Assembly (NCBI GenBank): GCA_034520565.1
Contig: JAXHNL010000002.1
Coordinates: 1,652,175 to 1,716,174 of the forward strand
DNA from: Halodesulfurarchaeum sp.
GTDB taxonomy: Archaea > Halobacteriota > Halobacteria > Halobacteriales > Halobacteriaceae
Reading direction: 5' to 3'
DNA length: 64,000 bases
How positions within the stretch are numbered: the first letter of the stretch is position 1; each line of letters opens with the position of its first letter. A program made the position numbers and the translations under genes. The notes beneath the pieces are model-generated. The model did not search any database. It was not told the origin of the DNA and was given only the letters and a program-made list of their open reading frames with translations. Below are positions 20,680 through 29,133 of this stretch, piece after piece.

Positions 20680-21882
20680 CTAGAGTGCGACGAAGAGGTC
20701 GGTGACGTACATCACGACGAGGCCAACCAGAAACGTGACGAGGTTCAGCGCCGACGCTGCCCGTCCGTTCCGGCTCATCATTCCCCACAGCTCCCAGATG
20801 ACCTGGAGGATTGCACCCACGCCGATGGCGAGGAAGAATGCTCCGAGCGTCGGAGAGAACGCAAGGCTCCCGAGCCAGCCGCCCAGGATCACCGGTGCAC
20901 CGGCGAGGAAGCCGAGGCCGATGAAGTGCAGAACGCTCGGGCGCTCGCCACGAGCGACAGGTGCGACTACGGCTGGTCCCTCGGTCACATTGTGGAGCAT
21001 GAAGCCGATGACGAGGAACGCACCAAGCGAGACCCGTCCGAGTGCGAACGAACTTCCGATGGCCAGTCCTTCGGCGAGGTTGTGCAGACCGATTCCAAGT
21101 GCAACTAGGTAGGCAATCCACAGACCGCTCTGTGCGCGAGCATCGCCAGCAGCAGCCCGACCTTCCCGCCATGCACTGACGGCTTGCACGGCCAGGAGTG
21201 CACCGATGATTCCCAGTGCAACGAGGGCAGTTCCCCCGAATGCGCCCGGAACCTGTTCACTGAGTTCGAACGCCTCGAACCCGGCGTCGATGGCGAGGAA
21301 CGCAAGGATGCCCGCTGAGAAGGCGAGGACGGCGTGGAGCCACCGGTCGCTCATCGACTGGAGGAACGGGAACCACAGCATCCCGAGCGCGACTGGGATG
21401 ACGCCAACGAACAGGCCGATAACGGCCATCGTCAGCAAGAGATTACCCGTCAGACCCGGTGACTGGCTCGGTGCTTCGATGGTGTTGTGGACCGTAGCGC
21501 CGTCCGAGAGCAGTAGCGCAACTTCGAGATCCCAGCCAGGATTCCAGTGGTACGGGATGACGACCTGTGCGCTCTCACGCGGTTCGAGGGTTGTATCGCC
21601 ACCTGCACCTCGCACCTCGAAATTCCAGTAGGCGTCGTCAACGAGGACCTGTGAAATACTCACTTCACCTGGTCCGTTGTTTGTGACGTGGAGGACGACC
21701 GTCTCGTCGTTCGGCAAGGTCGTGTGCGTCACCGAGACATCTGGAAGTGGTTCGCCGCCGGTGTCGAGGGACGCGAACGGTGTCGCCGCGAAAAAACCAC
21801 CCATTATGAGTCCGAGCAGGATGATCGGCAGCAATGCGGCAGCCCACCTGGGAAGTCCAAACGGGCGCTCAGCTCGATTCAC
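20680..21882 (-). CDS. ZIP family metal transporter with N-terminal extracytoplasmic domain
   Basis: GLHNLAEGLAIG and MLHNVTEG motifs; ~100-aa soluble segment after TM1. Confidence 0.88.
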   Translation of the reverse strand: MNRAERPFGLPRWAAALLPIILLGLIMGGFFAATPFASLDTGGEPLPDVSVTHTTLPNDETVVLHVTNNGPGEVSISQVLVDDAYWNFEVRGAGGDTTLEPRESAQVVIPYHWNPGWDLEVALLLSDGATVHNTIEAPSQSPGLTGNLLLTMAVIGLFVGVIPVALGMLWFPFLQSMSDRWLHAVLAFSAGILAFLAIDAGFEAFELSEQVPGAFGGTALVALGIIGALLAVQAVSAWREGRAAAGDARAQSGLWIAYLVALGIGLHNLAEGLAIGSSFALGRVSLGAFLVIGFMLHNVTEGPAVVAPVARGERPSVLHFIGLGFLAGAPVILGGWLGSLAFSPTLGAFFLAIGVGAILQVIWELWGMMSRNGRAASALNLVTFLVGLVVMYVTDLFVAL

Positions 21883-21915
21883 CGTCGGTCCACCGTCGGT
21901 ATTTGGTATGCTAAT

Positions 21916-23175
21916 TTAGACCACCTCGAAGAAGCTCATCCAGCCGAGTTCGGCGAATTCTGACTGGTGGGCGTGAAACATGTAGAGTCCCGGTTCATGG
22001 TTCGAATAGTCCAGTTCGATGATACCGCGCTGTGCCTGACATTGCATGACCGTATCGACGGCCTTGTTCGTCGGCAGCAGGGTCGTCCCGTGGTCGTAGT
22101 AGTCGAAGAACTGCGAGTGGGTGTGGAACGAATTGACGGGGTCGAACTCGATTACGTTGGTGAGAAACACCCGCTGACGCTGGTTCTTGTCGATCTGAAT
22201 CGGACGCTTCGTCTCGCCCGATTGCCAGTTGCCGTTGCCGTCGGTCTGGCCGACGCTGTAGGCGAATGCCCGAGTGTTAGCGGCGTACACCTCGTTGTCT
22301 CCGTCAAAGTTGGTGTCGAAACCGTTCATCACCATCACCATCTCGTTGACAGCGTCGTTCTCGGGATACTCGTGGTTCCGGCTCTTCGCCTCTGCAACGA
22401 GTTCCGCGCGGAGTTCGTCGGTGATTTGCGAGCGGTGGAACTCACAGTACTGCTCCGGGTTCTCGGCGACGCGCTCCGGGTCGGGGTCGATGATAATTGC
22501 CCCGTACAGTCCCCTGTGGATGTGCTCTTTCAGAGGGAGCGAGTGGCAGTGGTAGAAGTGGCTGCCTGCCGGTTGGGCGATCCACTCGTAAGTGAACGAT
22601 TCACCGGTGTTGAGGACGCCCGGTCCGTTGGTCGGAACCCCATCCATATTCGGGTTGAGGTTCCGGAGGTGCGGGTGGATGGTGTGGGCGTGCCGTCCGA
22701 GGTTCTCGAACTTCACGCGTATCAGGTCCCCCTCGACGGCGCGAATTGTCGGACCGGGTACCTGCCCGTTGAAGGCCCACGCCGGAAACTCAATGCCCGG
22801 GGCGATGGTAACCGTAGTGTCAACAGCCTGAAAGGTAAATTCACGGACTGTCCGCCCATTCTCCTCGTAGATGTCCTGTGGGACGTTCTCTTGCTCGCCA
22901 CGACCCGTGTTGAACTGGTATAGGTACTCATGCGGGTCGAAATCGAGATCGCTGTACTCACCGACGGCACCAAAGTTTCCGTGTGAATCGCTGCTGTGAC
23001 CGTGACCCTCGTTGTCCGCCCGTCCGGTACCCATGAGAGCGGCACTCCCTGCGAGGCCGATTCCGCCGAGGACTGCCCGGCGAGTGCTCTTGAATTCCGA
23101 TTCAAGAGAGTCAACCAATCTATGCTCTAGCTTCTCTGTGAGCTCTGCTGCTCGTGAATAATCTAATGATGGCAT
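21916..23175 (-). CDS. Tat-exported two-domain multicopper oxidase
   Basis: TRRAVLGG Tat motif; HTIHPH, YHCH...EHIHRGL, FHTH, FHAH. Confidence 0.88.
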   Translation of the reverse strand: MPSLDYSRAAELTEKLEHRLVDSLESEFKSTRRAVLGGIGLAGSAALMGTGRADNEGHGHSSDSHGNFGAVGEYSDLDFDPHEYLYQFNTGRGEQENVPQDIYEENGRTVREFTFQAVDTTVTIAPGIEFPAWAFNGQVPGPTIRAVEGDLIRVKFENLGRHAHTIHPHLRNLNPNMDGVPTNGPGVLNTGESFTYEWIAQPAGSHFYHCHSLPLKEHIHRGLYGAIIIDPDPERVAENPEQYCEFHRSQITDELRAELVAEAKSRNHEYPENDAVNEMVMVMNGFDTNFDGDNEVYAANTRAFAYSVGQTDGNGNWQSGETKRPIQIDKNQRQRVFLTNVIEFDPVNSFHTHSQFFDYYDHGTTLLPTNKAVDTVMQCQAQRGIIELDYSNHEPGLYMFHAHQSEFAELGWMSFFEVV

Positions 23176-23886
23176 CTACTGTGCCTCGCTGAATTCCCTG
23201 GATTCGCTGCTTGAATGCTTGTTACACTGTGAGACGAAGACGTCCGCCGCGATTTCGGTGGGAAGCGAGAACTGCTCGCTGGTCTCTACCACTTCGAGTG
23301 TAACCATCTCGAAAGGAGCAATCTCGGTCACTTCGAGTTGCGTTCCGAGCGTCACGCCAACCGTCGCTAGATAGTCTAACACAGCCGGGTTGCTGTCTCG
23401 GACTTCGGAGACGACGGCGATATCTCCCGTTTCGCACCGTGTGACCGACTGTTGGGCGGAGTCGCGCGGTACTATGAGGTCGGCAGTCGGAATGGGTGTG
23501 CCGTGTGGATCAACCGTCGGATCCTCCAGAACGGTTGCAATTCGCGCTTCAAGCTTCTCACTAATGTAGTGTTCTAGCGCGTCGGCTTCATCGTGAACGT
23601 CTGACCAGTCGTATCCAAGCTGCTCAGTCAAGAACAGTTCGAGGAGTCGATGGTGTCGGACTACTTCGAGAGCCCGTCGTTCGCCGCGAGTGGTGAGGCG
23701 GGCCCCCTGATACGGCTCGTAATTGACGAACCCATTGTCGTGCATCCGCTGTAACATCGTCGTCACAGTTGGTGGTTTAACCCCCATCGCGGTCGCAATC
23801 GCTGACGGTGCGACCCTCGTGTCGTCATCCTGAAGGTCGTAGATGACCTTCAGATAGTCTTCGACCTTTCGAGTTACCATATCCAA
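23176..23886 (-). CDS. DtxR/MntR (SirR-like) metal-dependent repressor with FeoA domain
   Basis: VEDYLKVIY, RHHRLLELFL, EADALEH, DPHGTPIP. Confidence 0.92.
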   Translation of the reverse strand: MDMVTRKVEDYLKVIYDLQDDDTRVAPSAIATAMGVKPPTVTTMLQRMHDNGFVNYEPYQGARLTTRGERRALEVVRHHRLLELFLTEQLGYDWSDVHDEADALEHYISEKLEARIATVLEDPTVDPHGTPIPTADLIVPRDSAQQSVTRCETGDIAVVSEVRDSNPAVLDYLATVGVTLGTQLEVTEIAPFEMVTLEVVETSEQFSLPTEIAADVFVSQCNKHSSSESREFSEAQ

Positions 23887-23889
23887 AGA

Positions 23890-23903
23890 TTAGATGTATC
23901 TAA
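23890..23903. promoter_or_regulatory. Candidate DtxR/SirR operator palindrome
   Basis: TTAGAT-GT-ATCTAA, 3 bp upstream of the repressor start codon. Confidence 0.65.
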
Positions 23904-23996
23904 ATATAAGTTTTGCCGTAAAGAATTAACGATCTACGTAGGCGAAATATCGTGGTAAATGGGAGTGGCGGTAGAATATCGTATCGACCAATACCG

Positions 23997-24830
23997 TCAC
24001 TCGAACCGGTCGGGCTTGATTCTCGCCAGCCGGTGCGCGTTCGTCGTCACGCCGAGGCTTATCCCCATGTCGCCGACGACGGCGGCGACTGCGACATTCA
24101 CCAGTTCGAAGGGAACCCCGACGGCCAGCAGTACCTTCACACCGATGCTTGCCCAGATGTTCTGTCGGATAACGCCGTTCGCCTTCCCTGACAGTGCGTT
24201 GAAATACGGGAGTTTCGACAGCTCGTCACCCACCAATGCGACGTCCGCCGACTCAACTGCCGTGTCGGTACCTGCCACACCCATTGCGACACCGACCGTC
24301 GCCGTCGCAAGCGCCGGCGCGTCGTTGACCCCGTCACCGACCATCATCACCCCACCGAACTCCTCGTCGAGAGCGACCACCCGTCTCCGCCTTCTCCTCG
24401 GACAGTAACTCGGCACGCACCTCATCGACGCCGGCTGTTTCACCGACAACTTGTGCGGTCACCTCGTTGTCGCCGGTTAGCATCACGACGCACTCGACGC
24501 CAAGGTCGTGGAGTCGCTCGACCGTTCGTTTTGCCTCCGAACGAACCTCGTCGGCCACCGCGACGACGCTCACGATCCGCTCCTCGATCCCGACGAGGAT
24601 GACGGTCTTCCCATCGGCTTGCAAGTCTTCGACGACGGTGCCATCGGCGGCAGTCTCGTGACTGCCGGAGTCCCCGACCGCGACGCCACCATCTGACGCG
24701 ACACGGACCGTGTCGAGAGACAGGCCCAGCTCTTCAAACAGCGCGGGCTTCCCGGCGGAGTACGTCTCGCCATCCAGATCTGCCCGATTGCCTTTCCCAG
24801 TCAGCTTCGCAGTCGCGGCGGGCCAAACAG
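23997..24830 (-). pseudogene. Heavy-metal P1B-type ATPase (CadA/ZntA-like), C-terminal part only, frameshifted
   Basis: [27 protein letters not shown] motifs; N-terminal half absent. Confidence 0.88.
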
Positions 24831-24834
24831 TCAG

Positions 24835-25033
24835 TGAGTACTCGGCACTAGCGTCGGTCTCGGCGAGTTCGTCGAGTGCGCCTTGGTCTCCAGTTACATG
24901 ATCGACGCGCCAGAGATTATCAGGGGTGACGTGGCAGGAGAGAGCGAATCTTGGTCTCGGAATTGTCGGCGAGGATGTCGGCAACGGCATTGTTGTCTGA
25001 AGCATATTCGAGGGAGAAGACGAGTTCACGCAT
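24835..25033 (-). pseudogene. Truncated N-terminus of a haloarchaeal HTH_10 (bat-type) regulator
   Basis: Hand translation MRELVFSLEYASDNNAVADILAD..IRSL/SCHVTPDNLWRVDH, running directly into ATPase sequence. Confidence 0.6.
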
Positions 25034-25410
25034 ACCGTTGTATAGGGTAGAGAGGAGTATGAACGCGTTGACCTGCTCTCTTGCTCTTCGTTTATCGTTT
25101 ATCGTTTATCCACTTCGCGCGCCAAGTCATTGCACAGGAAGTAGATATATGTTGATTTCAGGTCAGAAATGCCAGTTTTGAGACTGTCGAATTCGGCTGT
25201 GTCACGTCTCAAAGGACGATTCGTTCGACAGTCGAACAAAAGCCTGCAGCGCCCATTGTCCGGCGAACGGAGGAATTCGTGTATTGAGACCCCGCTGATT
25301 CGAGTCGATGCAACCGAAATAGGTGGAGGCAACGACTTCGGCGGTCATTTCAATACCACATCGGGCCAGAATTTGCGGAGATTTAACCTTCGAACCCGCA
25401 CAGTACAACT

Positions 25411-25785
25411 ATGGACGTTATCCATACCGCAATCTGGGTTTCAGAGATCGAGGCGGCCAGATCGTTTTTCGTCGACGCACTCGGGCTGGCGGAGAACTGG
25501 TCGTTTACGCTGAACGGGGTCCAAAACGTCTACGTCGGCGGCGAACACGGAGAAATCCAACTTCGCTACGACCCTGAGGCCGAGAAACCCGATCCGGACC
25601 GAAAAACGATGGACCACATCGCAGTTGCCGTCGAAGACGTCGAGGCTGAAACCGAACGGATTGTCGCTGAAACCGACTGTCGAATCGTCGACGGCCCGCT
25701 CACAATCGAGCCGGCGAACGCACGCGTCTCGTTTCTCGAAGGGCCGGATGGATACGTCGTCGAACTGGTGGAATCACTCCCCTAA
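25411..25785 (+). CDS. VOC/glyoxalase family protein
   Basis: HTAIWVS, DHIAVAV, GPDGYVVELVE. Confidence 0.88.
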   Translation: MDVIHTAIWVSEIEAARSFFVDALGLAENWSFTLNGVQNVYVGGEHGEIQLRYDPEAEKPDPDRKTMDHIAVAVEDVEAETERIVAETDCRIVDGPLTIEPANARVSFLEGPDGYVVELVESLP

Positions 25786-25868
25786 CGGTGGCAGTCGACA
25801 GCCAGTTCGAGATGGAGGGCAATCTGTGCCCACACGATCGTCAGTCGCGGAATCCGCTCGCGTCCCAT

Positions 25869-26006
25869 TCAGGCTGGCTGCTGCCGTCTGATGTCGACGT
25901 GGTGCCGCTCTTTTCGGGAGTGTCGTTCCATGGCGTCTGCTGCCTCGACCTGATCGTCGCCCTCGAACGTCCAACGGCAGTCGGTGCAGGTTGCAACCCA
26001 TTTCAT
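25869..26006 (-). CDS. Zinc-finger-like microprotein (45 aa, CxxC...HxxxxxH)
   Basis: Hand translation MKWVATCTDCRWTFEGDDQVEAADAMERHSRKERHHVDIRRQQPA. Confidence 0.65.
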   Translation of the reverse strand: MKWVATCTDCRWTFEGDDQVEAADAMERHSRKERHHVDIRRQQPA

Positions 26007-26224
26007 GGGTGAGGGGTTCTGCGGTTGTTTCGAACGGATCCAACCTGCGTGTTTTGTGGAAGGCGGGGCATGGGCTTCGAGGGGAACCGTCCCCCCTTAT
26101 TCTACAATTAGTTGGTAAGTTCAAAAACTCTACCCATGCACGGTGAAAGTGAAATTAATCCACAAGATCCGGGATGACAAGCTTCTGCGGTACTACTTTG
26201 GCCTCGCGTGCATAATGATAATAT

Positions 26225-26545
26225 ATGGGATATACGAAAACGAACTATCGGGATGCAGATCCGGTCAGCGAGGCAATGTATTTTCTCCGAAACCCACTCG
26301 AGTGTGAGAAGTTGGGGGTGACTGTCGTCGAGTGCGAGCCCGGGTGGATCGGGATGGAACACGATCACGCCGAGGAGGGCCACGAAGAGGTGTACCTGCT
26401 CATGAAGGGAAACGCCACGGTTACCATCGACGGCGAAGAAGTTGCGATGAACGAGGGCGACGCAGTTCGGGTCGCTCCGGAGGCGACCCGCCAAATCCGA
26501 AACGGCGACAGCGAAAGCACGTTCGTCCTGGCGGGAGCCCCCTGA
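26225..26545 (+). CDS. Cupin domain protein
   Basis: EHDH...HEEVY...G, GDAVRV. Confidence 0.85.
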   Translation: MGYTKTNYRDADPVSEAMYFLRNPLECEKLGVTVVECEPGWIGMEHDHAEEGHEEVYLLMKGNATVTIDGEEVAMNEGDAVRVAPEATRQIRNGDSESTFVLAGAP

Positions 26546-26827
26546 AAATTCGAGACATCGTCGGCGTCGAAGTGAACGGTTCGATCGGTCCCCTCCCCTC
26601 AGCTGCTTCCGGCGATTATCCTGGTTTCCCTGCTTTACCCCTTCGTCTTTGCCACAATAGGTGCGATACTCTTCGTGGGGTCCGTTCGAACTGATTGCAA
26701 AACTGTCGAGCTTCGATCCACGCCGAATTACCCCATTCCGACCCAGTGAGTCTCCGGGCTATCGTCACGACCCGACACAGTTCGCCCCGACCCCAATACC
26801 TTACCAGTTACCGGGCCAAGAAGTCTC

Positions 26828-27301
26828 ATGCTTAGCACGGGCGACCCCGCTCCGGACTTTACGTTACCAAACCAGCACGGTTCCGACGTTACCCTGGCCG
26901 ATTTCGAGGGGCAACCAGTCGTCGTCTACTTCTACCCGCGAGCGGATACCCCCGGGTGCACGACCGAGGCCTGCAGTTTCCGTGACAACTGGGAGGCGTA
27001 TGAAACCCACAACGTTCCAGTGCTCGGTATCAGCGACGATCCCGCCGAAGACCTCGCCGATTTCGCCGATAAGTACGATCTCCCATTCCACCTGTTGAGC
27101 GACGAGGACGGATCGGTCGCCTCGGCGTACGATTCCTACGGAACGAAAAACGTGTTCGGGAACGTCGTCGAGGGTACCTTCCGAAACACGTACGTGGTCG
27201 GTCGGGACGGTACCATTGCCGGGGTCTTCGAGGACGTCAATCCGGAGGAACACGCCACAGAGGTTCTCGAAACACTCGAATTGCATGGCCCGGAGAAATG
27301 A
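26828..27301 (+). CDS. bcp: Peroxiredoxin Bcp/PrxQ
   Basis: YFYPRADTPGCTTEACSFRD. Confidence 0.93.
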   Translation: MLSTGDPAPDFTLPNQHGSDVTLADFEGQPVVVYFYPRADTPGCTTEACSFRDNWEAYETHNVPVLGISDDPAEDLADFADKYDLPFHLLSDEDGSVASAYDSYGTKNVFGNVVEGTFRNTYVVGRDGTIAGVFEDVNPEEHATEVLETLELHGPEK

Positions 27302-27517
27302 TTCGTGCTGTCGGAGAACGCGAAGACCATAGTTCGACAGGACCGGGAGGTATATTGCAAAACCGAGACTGAAGTAGTGGCCGAATTAGCTAGTTAGTTG
27401 ATCGCAACTGGGTCGTATAAGATAATTGATGTAGTGGTCTTCTACCGGCTCAATCCGTCTCTAGAGCTATTACCGCTCGATTAACTCCCCCGTTGCCCAG
27501 ATATCTGCCAGCCGGTT

Positions 27518-27700
27518 TCAGCCGGCGCTTTCGTCCTTCAACCACGCCGCTCGGTCGATGGTGTAACTTCCACACTCCGGACACTCCTGATACTGCACCG
27601 CGAGGTTCGTTCCGCACGTGACACACCGATATGGCGTGTCTTCAGGTGATTTACCTCCAAAAATACCCCGGAGGATGGGAAACGAACGGATTGATTTCAC
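27518..27700 (-). CDS. CPxCG-type zinc-finger microprotein
   Basis: YRCVTCG...QECPECGSY; GTG start assumed. Confidence 0.7.
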   Translation of the reverse strand: MKSIRSFPILRGIFGGKSPEDTPYRCVTCGTNLAVQYQECPECGSYTIDRAAWLKDESAG

Positions 27701-28335
27701 AGGTGTACCTGTGTGTTTCCATCGACAAAATACCCCCAGATCGTTCAATCGCAGGCAAGCAGTGAGGTTTGAACTTCTCACCAAAATTTGAACCAAATTT
27801 GAAACCAAAATCGAAGGTACTGTGGAGTCATCTTCGTTTCGTTTTATTCCGGACTTGCCTCCAAATTAGTCACATTTCTAATTATTGTTAACGGTTGGTA
27901 ATATAGAGCGATGAAAACGGGGAACTGGAACCTATTCAAAGCAGTTTCTCAAGTAATAAACTCGAGGATTTCACTCGCCCGAGTGCGTTGGGTCGACACA
28001 TTTCACTTTCACCACGCATGGGATAGGAATATAGGCGATCGAGTACTCACCGCTCATACGGAAGGTACCTGACCCACAGTTTAGCAATGTCAAGTCAAAC
28101 GTCGACCCTGGGCCGATGTCCGCAATGTGGCGTATCTATCGACGAGCACGATGTTCTCATCAGCTACGAACGGGAGAGCGATACAGAATATTACGCCGAA
28201 TGCCCGGGCTGTCTGGAAGTCATTCATCCTCGCAGAGAGTGACGGAGACACTTCGCCAGTTCTTGTGTACAGCTAATCGGCGAAATGGTTGGCGGACCCG
28301 ACAACTTATCCTGTCGTGGCGACAATGTCGGCCAC

Positions 28336-28791
28336 ATGAGCGAAAACCGAGTTATCGATCTGCTCAGGAAGGCATACGGTGACGAAATTGAGACGGTCAT
28401 GAACTATCAAACGAACGCCATCGTTCTCGATGGAGTTCGGGCAGAAGAAATCAAAGAGAGCCTGCAGACAGACATCCAAGAGGAGTTGGCCCACTCCCAG
28501 CAACTCGGAAACCGGCTCAAGCAGCTCGACGCCCGCCCACCGAGCTCTGGCGAGTTCACCCCGGGCCAGGAATCGCTCCAACCGCCAGCCGACTCGACCG
28601 ACGTCCTCGCGGTCATTCAGGGGGTCCTCGAAGCCGAGGAGGACGCGATCGAAACGTATCGGTCCCTCATTGCTGCGGCTCGCAACGCCGACGATCCAGT
28701 CACCGAGGATCTCGCAGTGACGATCCTCGCCGAAGAGGAAGCCCACCGAACCGAATTTCGTGGCTTCGAAAAAGAATACCAGCACGACTGA
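28336..28791 (+). CDS. Ferritin-like (bacterioferritin-type) di-iron protein
   Basis: DEIETVMNY, EELAH, AEEDAI, EEEAHRTEF. Confidence 0.85.
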   Translation: MSENRVIDLLRKAYGDEIETVMNYQTNAIVLDGVRAEEIKESLQTDIQEELAHSQQLGNRLKQLDARPPSSGEFTPGQESLQPPADSTDVLAVIQGVLEAEEDAIETYRSLIAAARNADDPVTEDLAVTILAEEEAHRTEFRGFEKEYQHD

Positions 28792-28815
28792 GAAGAGATA
28801 CTTCGCTCCCGACTA

Positions 28816-29055
28816 ATGATAGAACTATACAGTCTCACGGGCTGTCCGTACTGCGCGAAAGTCGAACAGAAATTGGACGATCTCGGCCTGGAATACGAAC
28901 GCCACGACGTCCCCAGCCTGCGATCGCAGCGCGAATCGGTGAAGGAGGTCAGTGGCCAGACCGGCGTTCCCGTTCTCGTCGACACGGAACACGATATTAC
29001 CGGCATGCCGGAAAGCGACGACATCGTTGCCTACCTCGAACGCACTTACGGGTAA
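28816..29055 (+). CDS. Glutaredoxin
   Basis: CPYC, GQTGVPVL, ESDDI. Confidence 0.9.
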   Translation: MIELYSLTGCPYCAKVEQKLDDLGLEYERHDVPSLRSQRESVKEVSGQTGVPVLVDTEHDITGMPESDDIVAYLERTYG

Positions 29056-29133
29056 TGATATCAGTCCGGATGCAGCGACAGGGCAGCCATCAATATCCAA
29101 CCGCTTTTCCGATTGGTACTCTGTACTTACCAC

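Larger units (their letters stand above)
17276..25269. mobile_element. tRNA-Arg-anchored metal-homeostasis genomic island, no integrase visible
   Basis: 27-bp direct repeat cctgcagcgcccatt(t/g)tccggcgaacg at 17276-17302 and 25243-25269; AT-rich edges; pseudogenes inside. Confidence 0.75.

Noticed and set aside
21916-23175. Copper nitrite reductase NirK
   Set aside because: HxH motifs in both domains fit a trinuclear oxidase site, and the context is metal homeostasis
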